In this document: positions 31,736-41,766 of the stretch, piece after piece
Layout: the number at the start of each line of letters is the position of its first letter
Numbering within the stretch: the first letter of the stretch is position 1
Assembly: GCA_963748015.1 (NCBI GenBank)
Contig: CAVVHE010000004.1
Coordinates: forward strand, 576,001-640,000
Direction of reading: 5' to 3'
Source of the DNA: Terriglobia bacterium
Lineage (GTDB): Bacteria; Acidobacteriota; Polarisedimenticolia; Polarisedimenticolales; JAIQFR01
Length of the DNA: 64,000 nt
Program-made: the position numbers and the translations under genes
The notes under the pieces: model-generated
Seen by the model: only the letters and a program-made list of their open reading frames with translations
What the model was told of the DNA's origin: nothing
Databases searched by the model: none

Positions 31736-32797
31736 ATGGACGATTCGAAACCCGAGACCGATTTCCCGGATCGTCTCACGTACCGTGCCGCCGGTGTCGA
31801 CATCGACGCCCAGGACGACGCGCTTCGCAGGATCAAGTCGCTGCTGAAGGGGACGCGCACTCCGGGGGTTCTCGCGGACCTCGGGGCGTTCGGCGGGATG
31901 TTCGCGCCGGATCTCGCGGGGCTGGCCCGGCCGGTCCTCGTCGCCTCCTGCGACGGCGTCGGGACGAAGCTGAAGGTCGCCTTCGCGGCGGGGGTGCACG
32001 ACACCGTCGGCCGCGATCTCGTGAACCACTGCGTCAACGACATCCTGGTGCAGGGGGCACGGCCGCTCTTCTTCCTCGATTACGTCGCCACCGGCAGGCT
32101 CGAGCCCGGGATCCTCGCCGCCGTCGTGGAAGGAATCGCGAAGGGCTGCCGCGAGAACGGCTGCGCCCTGCTCGGCGGCGAGACCGCGGAGATGCCGGGG
32201 TTCTACGCCGACGGCGAATACGACGTCGCCGGCTTCATCGTCGGCATGGTGGACAGGGACAGGGTCATCGACGGCAGCCGGATCGCCGCGGGAGACGTGT
32301 TGATCGGCCTGCCGTCGGCGGGGCTCCACACCAACGGCTACTCGCTGGCGCGCATGATCCTGTTCGAGCGGATGGGATTGTCGCCCTCGTCCCCGCTCGA
32401 CGGCCTCGAGGGGACGGTGGCGGAGAACCTCCTCGCCGAGCACCGCTCGTACCTTCGTCCGCTCGAGGGGTCGCTCGACGGCGGCGCGATCCACGCGCTG
32501 GCGCACATCACCGGCGGCGGGCTCACGGACAACCTGCCGCGGGTCCTCCCCGAGGGGACCGCGGCGAGGATCGACGTCGGCAGCTGGCGGACCCCGGCGC
32601 TGTTCGAGCTCCTCGCGCGAGCGGGAAACGTGGACTCCGCCGAGATGTACCGGACGTTCAACATGGGAGTCGGGATGGTCGTCGTCTCGGCCCCGGACCG
32701 CGCGGGCGAGATCGAGGCGCACCTCGACGCGATGGGCGAGCGTCACTTCCGGATCGGCGCGATCGTTCCGGGAGACGGGCGGGTGCACTATGCCTGA
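31736..32797 (+). CDS. purM: Phosphoribosylformylglycinamidine cyclo-ligase
   Basis: YRAAGVDID, DGVGTKL, GGETAEMPG, HTNGYSL, AHITGGG, TFNMG. Confidence 0.97.
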   Translation: MDDSKPETDFPDRLTYRAAGVDIDAQDDALRRIKSLLKGTRTPGVLADLGAFGGMFAPDLAGLARPVLVASCDGVGTKLKVAFAAGVHDTVGRDLVNHCVNDILVQGARPLFFLDYVATGRLEPGILAAVVEGIAKGCRENGCALLGGETAEMPGFYADGEYDVAGFIVGMVDRDRVIDGSRIAAGDVLIGLPSAGLHTNGYSLARMILFERMGLSPSSPLDGLEGTVAENLLAEHRSYLRPLEGSLDGGAIHALAHITGGGLTDNLPRVLPEGTAARIDVGSWRTPALFELLARAGNVDSAEMYRTFNMGVGMVVVSAPDRAGEIEAHLDAMGERHFRIGAIVPGDGRVHYA

Positions 32798-33425
32798 CCC
32801 GTCCGCCTGCAAGAGGGTCGGGATCCTGATCTCCGGCCGCGGGTCGAACATGATCGCCCTCGTCGAGGCGATGCGCGACGGGAGGATACCCGCGGAGCCG
32901 GCCGTCGTGATCTCGAACGTCCCCGGGGCGGCCGGCCTCGCGCGCGCGAGGGCTCTCGGCGTCCCGACCGCGGTGGTCGATCACAAGGAGGTCCGGCCGC
33001 GCGAGGCGCAGGAGCGGCGGGTCGTGGAGACGCTCCGCGAGCACGCGGCCGATCTCGTCTGCCTCGCGGGCTACATGCGGTTGCTCTCGCCGTACCTGAT
33101 CGGCGAGTTCCGGAACCGGATCCTGAACATCCACCCCGCGCTGCTTCCGGCCTTTCCGGGGCTCGACGCGCAGCGCCAGGCGCTCGAGCACGGCGTGAAG
33201 GTGTCCGGCTGCACCGTGCACGTCGTGGACGAGCAGTGCGACCACGGTCCGATCGTCCTCCAGGCGGCGGTGCCGGTTCTCGAAGGGGACGACGAGGAGA
33301 CGCTCTCGCATCGCATCCTCGAGCAGGAACACCGGATCTACCCCGAGGCCGTCGCCCTCTTCTGCCGGGGGCGCGTGGCCATCGAGGGGCGCCGCGTCCG
33401 CATCCTTCCCGTCCAAGCGCGCTGA
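32790..33425 (+). CDS. purN: Phosphoribosylglycinamide formyltransferase
   Basis: ISGRGSN, LAGYMRLL, NIHPALLP, GCTVHVV, DHGPI. Confidence 0.97.
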   Translation: MPDPSACKRVGILISGRGSNMIALVEAMRDGRIPAEPAVVISNVPGAAGLARARALGVPTAVVDHKEVRPREAQERRVVETLREHAADLVCLAGYMRLLSPYLIGEFRNRILNIHPALLPAFPGLDAQRQALEHGVKVSGCTVHVVDEQCDHGPIVLQAAVPVLEGDDEETLSHRILEQEHRIYPEAVALFCRGRVAIEGRRVRILPVQAR

Positions 33426-33461
33426 AAGGTCCCCCGGCGTTCGCCTCCCGCAGGAGATGTC

Positions 33462-34229
33462 GTGCGCGAGCGCGCGCAGGGTAGTGGAGTTCCCCGGGAG
33501 GAGGCGCCGGCCGGGATCCCTCCGGGGGAAGAGGGACGGGTCGTTCCCTTCGCGCCGCGTCTGGCGGCCGGCCGGCCCCGGGCCTTCGACCCGGGCGTCA
33601 AGCTCCGGGCGCGGGGGGCGTCGTCGCTGACGGTCACGGAGCTCCTGTCGCTCGTGCTCGGAGACCGGAGGCGCGGAGAGCCCTGCGCCCGGATCGCCGC
33701 CAGGCTGCTCCGGCGGCACGGGCTGGCGGGGCTCTCCGGTCTGCGGCCGGAGCGATGGGAGGGGGAGCGGGGCGTGGGACCTGCGACGGCGGCCCGGCTC
33801 GCCGCGGCCTTCGAGATCGGCCGGCGCGCGCGCGGAGACGAGACGGAGCGCGAGCGGCCGAAGATCGCCCGGCCGTCGGACGCGTTCGTGCAGGTGCGCG
33901 ATCTCGGCGGCGCGCGAAAGGAGCACCTCGTCGGCCTCTACCTCGACGCCCAGAACGGTCTCCTCGAGCGCGAGACCCTGTCGATCGGCTCGCTCAACAC
34001 CACGCGGACCCATCCGCGCGAGATCCTCTACCCTGCGATCCGGCACCTCGCTCTCGGGTTCGTCCTCGTTCACAACCACCCGAGCGGCTGCATCGACCCG
34101 TCGGACGAGGACGTGGAGTTCACGCGCTCCGTCAAGCGGGCGGGCGAGCTGATGGGAATCGAGCTGTACGACCACCTGATCGTCGCGGCCGCGCGTTACA
34201 CGAGCCTGCGGGAGAGGGGATTGCTGTAG
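33462..34229 (+). CDS. radC: RadC family JAB-domain protein
   Basis: GVGPA HhH segment, SIGSLN, HPREI, HNHPSG, SDED, LYDHLIV; start uncertain. Confidence 0.9.
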   Translation: MRERAQGSGVPREEAPAGIPPGEEGRVVPFAPRLAAGRPRAFDPGVKLRARGASSLTVTELLSLVLGDRRRGEPCARIAARLLRRHGLAGLSGLRPERWEGERGVGPATAARLAAAFEIGRRARGDETERERPKIARPSDAFVQVRDLGGARKEHLVGLYLDAQNGLLERETLSIGSLNTTRTHPREILYPAIRHLALGFVLVHNHPSGCIDPSDEDVEFTRSVKRAGELMGIELYDHLIVAAARYTSLRERGLL

Positions 34230-34249
34230 GCTAGGGCGGGTCGGCGGGA

Positions 34250-34340
34250 CGCGGCTGCTTCGTCCGGAGGCGGAAGCGTCCTCGCCAGCCCGAAAAAGGG
34301 CTGTCTACGGACACTCCCGCCTCCGGACGAAGCAGCCGCG
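34250..34340. repeat. Long intergenic inverted repeat (32-bp arms, 30/32 match) enclosing a second hairpin
   Basis: Arms at 34250-34281 and 34309-34340; inner CAGCCC-GAAAAA-GGGCTG. Confidence 0.85.
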
Positions 34341-34369
34341 CGGCCCCGTCCTCGCGGGGAGGTCAAAGC

Positions 34370-34927
34370 GTGCGGCGACTCGTGACGATCACGTACCTGG
34401 AGATGAACGATCCCGCGGAGCTCACGTCCTCGCGGGATCCCGGCACGCCCTTTCTCTTGATGCGCGCCGAGATACCCAGCCCGGAGCTGAATCGCTTCCT
34501 CTACACCGCGGTCGGCGCCGCGTGGACTTGGTACGGCCGGCTCCCGTGGAGCCGCGCGCGGTGGCTGGCCTGGCTCGACCGGCCCGAGCTGGAGACCTGG
34601 GTCGCGTACGTGTCGGGAACGCCGGCGGGGTACTTCGAGCTGGAGCGCCAGCCGGGAGAGCAGGTCGAGCTGGTCTACTTCGGCCTCCTTCCCTCCTTCG
34701 TCGGCAAGGGTCTCGGCGGAGCGCTCCTGACGGCCGCCATTCGCCGGTGCTGGGAGATGGGGGCCAGGCGGGTCTGGGTGCACACCTGCGACCTCGATCA
34801 CCCGCTCGCACTCCGCAACTACGAGGCCCGCGGGTTCCGCGTCTACAAGACCGAGCGGGCCGAGGAGGAGCTCCCCGATCGGCCGCTCGAGCCCTGGCCG
34901 GGTGCGAGCGCGCCTGAAACCGGATAA
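34370..34927 (+). CDS. GNAT family N-acetyltransferase
   Basis: YFGLLPSFVGKGLGG motif A; VWVHTCDLDHPLALRNYEARGF. Confidence 0.9.
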   Translation: MRRLVTITYLEMNDPAELTSSRDPGTPFLLMRAEIPSPELNRFLYTAVGAAWTWYGRLPWSRARWLAWLDRPELETWVAYVSGTPAGYFELERQPGEQVELVYFGLLPSFVGKGLGGALLTAAIRRCWEMGARRVWVHTCDLDHPLALRNYEARGFRVYKTERAEEELPDRPLEPWPGASAPETG

Positions 34928-35064
34928 CGAAGTCCCCGCCGGGGGCAGGCGCCGGCGGATCTCGCGAGAAATCGGGAGAGCGCCGCGGCGACGCGGTCGT
35001 GTATGCTGATGCGCTCGAAAAGGGGGGAGTTTCCCATGCATTCGGCTCGACGGGAGGGGACGGC

Positions 35065-36780
35065 GTGCCCGGGCCGCTAGATCGCCAGGAGGCGCGCGCC
35101 TCGAGGGGCGGGGGAGAACCGGGTCCGCTCGACTCGCCGCGCGTCGTCTGGCTCGTCGTCGCCGCCTGGCTCGTGCTCGTCGCCTGTCTCCTGCCGGTGC
35201 GCGAGGTGATCCCGCCGGACGAGCCGCGGTTCGCGCATCAGGCCCAGAACATGTTCGACCTCGACGACTGGATCGTTCCGAGAATTGGCGACGTGCCCTA
35301 CCCGGACAAGCCGCCCATCCTCTTTTGGTCGATCGATCTCGCGTCGCTCCCGTTCGGGCGCGTGCACGCGTCCACCGCGCGCGTGCCCTCCGCGATCGGC
35401 GCGCTCGTCATCCTCCTCCTCACGATCCGGCTCGGCAGGAGGGTCTGGGGCTCCCGGGCGGTCGGCGCAGCCGGCGCGCTCGTTCTGCTCACCTGCTTCG
35501 AGTTCTTCATCCGGGCGCAGTGGGTCTCCTGCGACATGCTGATGATGTCATTCTCGTTCGTCGCGCTGACCCTCTGGCGCGAGGCGGCGTTCGACGATGT
35601 GGGCGCCGGTCGAATGGGGCCGAGAACACGCGTGTTCCTGGGTTGGATGGCGGCCGCCGCCGGTGTGCTGACGAAGGGCCCGCCCACGCTCCTCTTCGCG
35701 GGTTTCTGGCTCGCAGGCGAGGCGGCGGCGCGCCGCAAGGTGCGGCCGCTCGCGCGGATCCTCCGCCCGGAGGGGCTGATCGCCTTCTCGCTCCTGGTCG
35801 GCGGATGGCTCTGGGCCGCGGGCCGCGTGGTGGGAGGCGGCTACTCGTGGAACGCGATCTACACGCAGTCGGTGACCCGCTACTTCCACGCGTGGAACTC
35901 CGTGGCGCCCTGGTACTTCTACTTCTACCAGGGGCCGCTCGACCTCATGCCGTGGGCCGTCATGCTCCCCGCGGTGATCGCGGCCGCCGTGCTCGCGTGG
36001 CGCCGGCCGGCGGATTCCCCCGCGTCGCGCGCGGCCCGGATGGCCGCGGTCTTTCTCGCCCTCGTCTTCCTCTTCTTCTCCGGGTCCACGGGGAAGCGCG
36101 GCGTGTACGTCATGCCGGCTTTCCCGGCGTTCGCGCTCCTCGCGGGGGCGGCGTTCCTGGGCGCGGGGCGCCCGGGAGGACTGAGCCGGGCGTGGCGAGA
36201 GATCCCGCTCGGTATCCTCGCGGCACTCGGCCTGCTGTTCGCGGTGGGGCCGCCTGCGGCCGCCGCGGCGGGGTGGCTCACCCCCGCGCGTTTCGGGGCG
36301 GGGGTGGCCGGCCCGCTCGAGCTCGCCGCGCTGGCGATCGGCGGGGCGGTGCTGCTGGCCGGGGCGCTCGCGGCGCTAAGCCTGTCCAGGCGCGACGCTC
36401 CCCAGGAAGCGCTCCTCGCCGCATTCGCGGGGATCGCCGTGATGCTCGTCCTCGCGGGGGCCGTGGGCGGCGCCGCCTGGAGCCGCTGGCAGGGGGGCCG
36501 TGCGTTCGGAGCGAAGGTCGCGGCGGCGGTGCCCCGCGGACAGCGAATCGTGATCGAGCGCGGCAAGTTCGAGCTGATCCTGTTCTACGCCGACCGGCGG
36601 GGGACCGAGGTCGAGACCACGGACACGCTCCTGGCGGAGCTCGAGAGCGGCCGGTGCCGCTACGCGATCCTCTCGACCGCGACGCTCGAGAAGCTGCGCG
36701 ACCGGGCGCCGCTCTCGGGCATGAAGGAGGTGTTCACCGAACGCCTCGGGAAGGTGACCTACACGACCCTCGGCCCGTGA
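35065..36780 (+). CDS. ArnT-like glycosyltransferase (GT-C fold, family 39/83)
   Basis: DEPRF, YPDKPPILFW, ARVPSA, LTKGP, PWYFY, KRGVYVMP; many TM helices. Confidence 0.88.
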   Translation: MPGPLDRQEARASRGGGEPGPLDSPRVVWLVVAAWLVLVACLLPVREVIPPDEPRFAHQAQNMFDLDDWIVPRIGDVPYPDKPPILFWSIDLASLPFGRVHASTARVPSAIGALVILLLTIRLGRRVWGSRAVGAAGALVLLTCFEFFIRAQWVSCDMLMMSFSFVALTLWREAAFDDVGAGRMGPRTRVFLGWMAAAAGVLTKGPPTLLFAGFWLAGEAAARRKVRPLARILRPEGLIAFSLLVGGWLWAAGRVVGGGYSWNAIYTQSVTRYFHAWNSVAPWYFYFYQGPLDLMPWAVMLPAVIAAAVLAWRRPADSPASRAARMAAVFLALVFLFFSGSTGKRGVYVMPAFPAFALLAGAAFLGAGRPGGLSRAWREIPLGILAALGLLFAVGPPAAAAAGWLTPARFGAGVAGPLELAALAIGGAVLLAGALAALSLSRRDAPQEALLAAFAGIAVMLVLAGAVGGAAWSRWQGGRAFGAKVAAAVPRGQRIVIERGKFELILFYADRRGTEVETTDTLLAELESGRCRYAILSTATLEKLRDRAPLSGMKEVFTERLGKVTYTTLGP

Positions 36781-36903
36781 GCCTCCGGGGCACGGCCCAC
36801 GGACCGCGGCTCTCCGCTGTCCTCGCGTCTCCCGTTCCGCCCGCGCCGGATTTGGTAGAATCGCGGTTCCCGCGTGGTTTCCGCGCCCGAGAGCGAGGTC
36901 CCG

Positions 36904-38145
36904 ATGGCCGATCCCGCCAGGAAATTCCCCCCGGTCGAGGAGCAGCTGGCCCTCCTCGCCCGAGGCGCCGTCGACCTGGTCACCGAGAACGAGCTCAAGC
37001 GCAAGCTCGAGCGGTCGAAGGCCCAGGGCGTCCCGTTGACCGTAAAGGTCGGGTTCGACCCGACGGCGCCGGACATCCACCTCGGGCACACCGTCCTCCT
37101 GCGAAAGATGCGCCACTTCCAGGACCTCGGCCATCGCGTGGTCTTCGTGATCGGCGACTTCACCGGCATGATCGGCGACCCTTCGGGCCGCTCCAAGACC
37201 CGCCCCGCGCTGACCCGCGAGGAGATCGCGGCGAACGCCGACACCTACAAGCGGCAGTGCTTCAAGGTCCTCGATCCGGACAAGACCGAGATCCGGTTCA
37301 ACAGCGAGTGGCTCGGCGCGCTGGGGTCGGAAGGGTTCGTCCGCCTCGCGGCGAGGTACAACGTCGCGCGAATGCTCGAGCGAAAGGACTTCAAGGCGCG
37401 GTTCACCAAAGGCCAGACCATCGGGGTGCACGAGTTTCTCTACCCCCTGGCCCAGGCCTACGATTCGGTGGCGCTCAAGGCCGACGTGGAGCTGGGGGGA
37501 ACCGATCAGTTGTTCAACCTCAACGTCGGACGCGACATCATGCCGGATTACGGTCTCGAGCCGCAGGTGGTGATCACGACGCCCCTGCTCGAGGGGCTCG
37601 ACGGCGTCGAGAAGATGTCCAAGACCCTCGGCAACTACGTCGGGGTCAACGAGGAGCCGCGCGAGGCCTTCGGCAAGCTGATGTCCATCACGGACGACCT
37701 GATGTGGAAGTACTACACCCTCTGCACGGGGATCTCCGCGGAGGGAATCTCGGAGATGAAGCGGCTCGTCGCCGAGGGGATGCTCCACCCGAAGAAGGCG
37801 AAGGAAGGGCTCGCGATGCGGATCGTCGCGGACTTCCACGGCGAGGCCGCGGCGCGCTCGGCCCTCGAGGAGTTCGAGCGGATCTTCGGCAAGCACCAGG
37901 TCCCGGACGAGGTGAAGGAGCAGCGACTGCCGGCCGGGAACGGCAAGTGCGCCCTGCCGAAGCTCCTGGTCGCGCTGGGGCTCGCGTCGTCCAACAGCGA
38001 GGCGGGGCGCCTGATCGATCAGGGCGGGGTCCGGATCGACGATGCGAAGATCGCTTCGGGCACCCGGGAGATCGAGGTCAGGCCCGGGCAGAGCCTCCTG
38101 GTCAAGGTCGGGAAGCGTCACTTCGCCAGGGCCACGTTCGATTGA
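36904..38145 (+). CDS. tyrS: Tyrosine--tRNA ligase
   Basis: GFDPTAPDIHLGH (HIGH), GGTDQ, KMSKT, C-terminal S4 domain; extended -10 TGGTAGAAT upstream. Confidence 0.97.
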   Translation: MADPARKFPPVEEQLALLARGAVDLVTENELKRKLERSKAQGVPLTVKVGFDPTAPDIHLGHTVLLRKMRHFQDLGHRVVFVIGDFTGMIGDPSGRSKTRPALTREEIAANADTYKRQCFKVLDPDKTEIRFNSEWLGALGSEGFVRLAARYNVARMLERKDFKARFTKGQTIGVHEFLYPLAQAYDSVALKADVELGGTDQLFNLNVGRDIMPDYGLEPQVVITTPLLEGLDGVEKMSKTLGNYVGVNEEPREAFGKLMSITDDLMWKYYTLCTGISAEGISEMKRLVAEGMLHPKKAKEGLAMRIVADFHGEAAARSALEEFERIFGKHQVPDEVKEQRLPAGNGKCALPKLLVALGLASSNSEAGRLIDQGGVRIDDAKIASGTREIEVRPGQSLLVKVGKRHFARATFD

Positions 38146-38158
38146 CGGGGGCGTGACG

Positions 38159-39070
38159 ATGAGGCGTGGCACCTTGGCCGCACTGGTTCTAGCCTGCGGC
38201 CTCGGCGGTTGCGCGCGGGAGGAGGGGCCGGTGGCGCTCGAGAGCCTGGTCCCGGGGAGCGCAGCGGGCTTCGTCGCGTCGGCGCCGGGCCGCGCCTACG
38301 ATCGCGCCACCATTTTCGAGTACATGGACGGTGCAGGGGAGGTCTACCTCCAGTACGACTTCCGCGCCCTCTTCGTCCGCGAGTTCTCGAAGAGGGACCA
38401 GCCCGGAATCACCGCCCAGCTGTTCGACATGGGGTGTCCGGAGGACGCGTTCGGAATCTTCAGCCTCGAACGCGAGGACGAGGACGCGGGGATCGGGCAG
38501 GGCTCGGAGTACGGCGGAGGCCTCCTCCGGTTCTGGAAGGGGCGGTTCTTCGTCTCCGTCTTCGCGGAGATCGAGTCACCCGAGACCCGAGAAGCGGTCT
38601 TCGCCCTCGGCCGTGCGGCCGCGGCGGCTATCCGCGAGACCGGGGCCCGTCCCGCGGAGGTGGAGGCCCTCCCGCCGGAGGGCCTCGTCGTTCGCAGGGT
38701 CCGCTTCTTTCATGGGCCGTTCGGCCTCGCTTCTCGGTACCCCGCGGCCGACGGCAAGCTCCTGGGACTGTCGCGAGACACCGACGCCGTGCTCGCCACC
38801 TACCGGCGCGCCGACAACGCCTCGCGCCTCCTGCTCGTCCGCTATCCGGACGCGCGGAAGGCTCGAGAGGCGCTCGAGGCGTTCTCTCTCTCGCCGGAGA
38901 CCGCGCTGGGCCCGGACGGCACGGCACGGGTGGCGAACGGGAAATGGGTCGGCGCGCGGCAGACCGGCAAGGCCTTCGTTGCGGTGTTCGAGGCGGCCAC
39001 GAGGGAGGACGTCGAGGACCTCTTGACCCGGACCACCGGGCGGTTGGAGGACGCACCATGGACGCGATGA
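38159..39070 (+). CDS. Putative lipoprotein (DUF6599-like)
   Basis: LGGC lipobox; IFEYMDGAGEVYLQYDF, FDMG...AFGIFS, FWKGRFFV motifs. Confidence 0.65.
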   Translation: MRRGTLAALVLACGLGGCAREEGPVALESLVPGSAAGFVASAPGRAYDRATIFEYMDGAGEVYLQYDFRALFVREFSKRDQPGITAQLFDMGCPEDAFGIFSLEREDEDAGIGQGSEYGGGLLRFWKGRFFVSVFAEIESPETREAVFALGRAAAAAIRETGARPAEVEALPPEGLVVRRVRFFHGPFGLASRYPAADGKLLGLSRDTDAVLATYRRADNASRLLLVRYPDARKAREALEAFSLSPETALGPDGTARVANGKWVGARQTGKAFVAVFEAATREDVEDLLTRTTGRLEDAPWTR

Positions 39071-39954
39071 ACCCCGATCACGGCCGGGAGATCACCCGGC
39101 GCCGCTTCGTCACGACCGTCTCGACCGCCGCGGTCGCGGCCGCGATCTCCCCGGCCCTGGCCGTTCCCGGCGAGACCAGCCGGGCGCGCGTCGTGCTGGT
39201 GCGCGACGAGAGCGTGCTCGACGAGGCGGGGAAGCCCCGGGCCGACGTGATCCAGAAGATGCTCGACCGGGGGATGTGCGAGCTGCTCCAGGTGAAGGAG
39301 CCGGTCGAAGCCTGGAAGCGGGTGCTGGGGCCGGCTAAGACGGTGGGCATCAAGACCAACGTGTGGAAGAACCTGGCGACCGGTCCCGAGGTCGAGGCGG
39401 CGCTCAAGAGGCGCATCGTGGCCGCCGGCGTTCCCGAGGGCGGCGTGACGATCGACGATCGGGCCGCGGGGCAGACGCTCGCGAGCTGCGACGCCCTCGT
39501 GAACGCCCGCCCGCTCAGGACCCATCACTGGGCCGGCGTCGGCGGGTGCCTCAAGAACCCGATCATGTTCGCAGCCGATCCCTCGGTCTACCATCCCGAC
39601 CTGTGCGCCGATCTCGGGTCGCTCTGGAGCCTCCCGGCGATGAAGGACAAGGTCCGGCTCAACGTCCTCGTCGTCCTGACCCCGCAGTTCCTGACGCGCG
39701 GCCCGCACCACTTCGACACCCGCTACGTCTGGCCCTACCGCGGGATCCTCCTGTCCACCGACCCCGTCGCCGTGGACACGATCGGCGTCCGCCTCCTCGA
39801 CGCGAAGCGCAAGCTCTCCCTCGAGGAGGAGCGCCCCCTGACCCAGCTCGCCCACCACGTCCGGATCGCCGGAGAGAAGTACAAGCTGGGTGTCGCCGAC
39901 CCCGCTCGCATCGATCTGATCAAGCTCGGTTGGGACAAGGACCTGCTGATCTAG
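39058..39954 (+). CDS. Tat-exported DUF362 domain protein
   Basis: ITRRRFV Tat signal; VGIKTN, PLRTHHWAG, CLKN, STDPVAVD. Confidence 0.8.
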   Translation: MDAMNPDHGREITRRRFVTTVSTAAVAAAISPALAVPGETSRARVVLVRDESVLDEAGKPRADVIQKMLDRGMCELLQVKEPVEAWKRVLGPAKTVGIKTNVWKNLATGPEVEAALKRRIVAAGVPEGGVTIDDRAAGQTLASCDALVNARPLRTHHWAGVGGCLKNPIMFAADPSVYHPDLCADLGSLWSLPAMKDKVRLNVLVVLTPQFLTRGPHHFDTRYVWPYRGILLSTDPVAVDTIGVRLLDAKRKLSLEEERPLTQLAHHVRIAGEKYKLGVADPARIDLIKLGWDKDLLI

Positions 39955-40089
39955 CGTCCGCGCGCCTCGGGGAGGAGCTCGAGAGCCTCGAGCGGGACCG
40001 CCGCGACGGGCCAGGCCCGGGGTCGCGGGATCGGGGCCCTCGGGAACCATCCGCCCACGCAGCCGAGCCGGACTATCGGCCCCGCCGCG

Positions 40090-40554
40090 TCATTCCTTCT
40101 CGAATGCGAAATGGAGCTTGCAGTTCTTGAGGCGCTCGATGTCGGCGTAGGGCAGCTCGAACTTGAAGCCGAGGTGCGCCGAGTCGTCGTCGTCCGCCTT
40201 GTCTTTCTCGCTCTTAGAGGCGATGGTCTTCCCTTCGGCGTCGACGAGGGTCGCGGTTGCGTAGACGAAGTAGTCCTTGTCGGAGTTGTTCTTGAGCTTG
40301 AGCTTGATCCCGACGATCTTCTTCGCCTTCTTGGCCTTGTCTTCGATCGTGACGACCGCGGGGTCGAAGGTGAAGGCGCTTGCGGACAGATCGAGCGCGA
40401 CCTCGGACCGTGCCTGCTGTGTGTCGATCGGCATGGTGGAATCGAGTTGCAGCCCCTGCCACGCCGCCGCGCCGAACAGAGGCGTCGCGACGGCTCCGAG
40501 GACTGCGGCGATCGAGAAAACGGCCCACTTCGCGGGAGACCGAGCTTTTCTCAT
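40090..40554 (-). CDS. Secreted hypothetical protein
   Basis: GGAG RBS, signal peptide, coding-like codon usage, Lys/Asp-rich beta-sandwich-like mature part. Confidence 0.7.
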   Translation of the reverse strand: MRKARSPAKWAVFSIAAVLGAVATPLFGAAAWQGLQLDSTMPIDTQQARSEVALDLSASAFTFDPAVVTIEDKAKKAKKIVGIKLKLKNNSDKDYFVYATATLVDAEGKTIASKSEKDKADDDDSAHLGFKFELPYADIERLKNCKLHFAFEKE

Positions 40555-40653
40555 GGCGGTTCTCCTTGCTACCTCGAGATGTCCCTTTCCTCGCATCCTA
40601 CACGAAAGCCGGCGGGGTTGGAATCCATGCCGGAGGAGTTTATCTTGGCCGGG

Positions 40654-41766
40654 ATGCGGAACTCTTCCATCGGCATTCTGGGGATCCTCGCGGCGCTGAC
40701 GCTCGCGGCCGGGGCCACGCCGCCGGCCGAGGCGGCTGGGGCGGTCGAGACCTCGGAAACGAAAGAAGTCGTCTCCTTCTACCCGTCTTTCCTCACCTGG
40801 GACGCGGGGGCGAGGGCCTGGCGCGGCGAGATCCGGGGCAAGATCTACCGCCACGCGCGCGGCGTCGGGGGGCGCGTGACGACCTCCGCGCTGCGCGCCA
40901 CGCTCGGCGCCGTCGGGGACCTGACGGAAGACGACGAGCGGATCTTCCGCGCCCGGGCCGACGAGTTTGCCGTCGATGCCAAGCGTGGAAGAACGGTCGT
41001 CGTCGAGATTGGCGACCGCTCGTTCGTCTCGCGGCGCAGCCGGGCGAACGGCCATTTTCTCGCCGAGATCACCCTGGGCGAGGGGATGGCGGGCGAGGTC
41101 GTCCCGTTTCGCGCGATGCTCGAGGGCAAGCATCCGCGGGAGTTCGCCGGTACGCTTCGCCTGCTCGGGCCCACCGGCCTCTCCGTGATCTCCGACATCG
41201 ACGACACGGTGAAGGTCAGCAACGTGCTCGACCGCACCGAGCTCGTCGCCAACACGTTCTACCGGCCGTACCTGGCGGTGCAAGGGATGCCGGGCCTGTA
41301 CGGGGCGTGGAGGGACCGGGGCGTGGTCGTCCACTACGTGACGGCGGGTCCGTGGCAACTCTTCTCGCCGATCTGGAGCTTCCTGGCGGAGAACGGCCTC
41401 GCCGGGGCCGGCATCGAGATGCGCGAGTTCCGCCTGGCGAACGCGAGCTTCGTGGATATCTTCCGCGACTCGCAGGACTACAAGAAGCAGAGAATCCGGG
41501 AGATCCTGCGGCGCTTTCCCGAGAGGCGGTTCGTTCTCGTCGGAGACTCCGGTGAGCGCGACCCCGAGGTCTACGCCGCGATCGCGAGAGAATTCCCGGC
41601 TCAGGTGGCGGGGATCTACATCCGCGCGGTGCTCGAGGCCCATCGCGATCGCTCCCGGTATCGCTTGGTATTCGAGGGCATCGACGCGTCGAGGTGGATC
41701 GTCTTCGACGACGCGGCGACGCTCCCGCGCGACCTGGCGGAGTGGTGTTCGCTCGCGGGGAGCTAA
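40654..41766 (+). CDS. App1-like phosphatidate phosphatase (DUF2183), exported
   Basis: Signal peptide; ISDIDDTVK HAD motif, HYVTAGPW, FPERRFVLVGDSGERDPEVY. Confidence 0.88.
   Translation: MRNSSIGILGILAALTLAAGATPPAEAAGAVETSETKEVVSFYPSFLTWDAGARAWRGEIRGKIYRHARGVGGRVTTSALRATLGAVGDLTEDDERIFRARADEFAVDAKRGRTVVVEIGDRSFVSRRSRANGHFLAEITLGEGMAGEVVPFRAMLEGKHPREFAGTLRLLGPTGLSVISDIDDTVKVSNVLDRTELVANTFYRPYLAVQGMPGLYGAWRDRGVVVHYVTAGPWQLFSPIWSFLAENGLAGAGIEMREFRLANASFVDIFRDSQDYKKQRIREILRRFPERRFVLVGDSGERDPEVYAAIAREFPAQVAGIYIRAVLEAHRDRSRYRLVFEGIDASRWIVFDDAATLPRDLAEWCSLAGS

Noticed and set aside
33462..34229. radC as a marker of a mobile element
   Set aside because: Full-length chromosomal-type RadC among housekeeping genes, with no integrase or conjugation genes nearby
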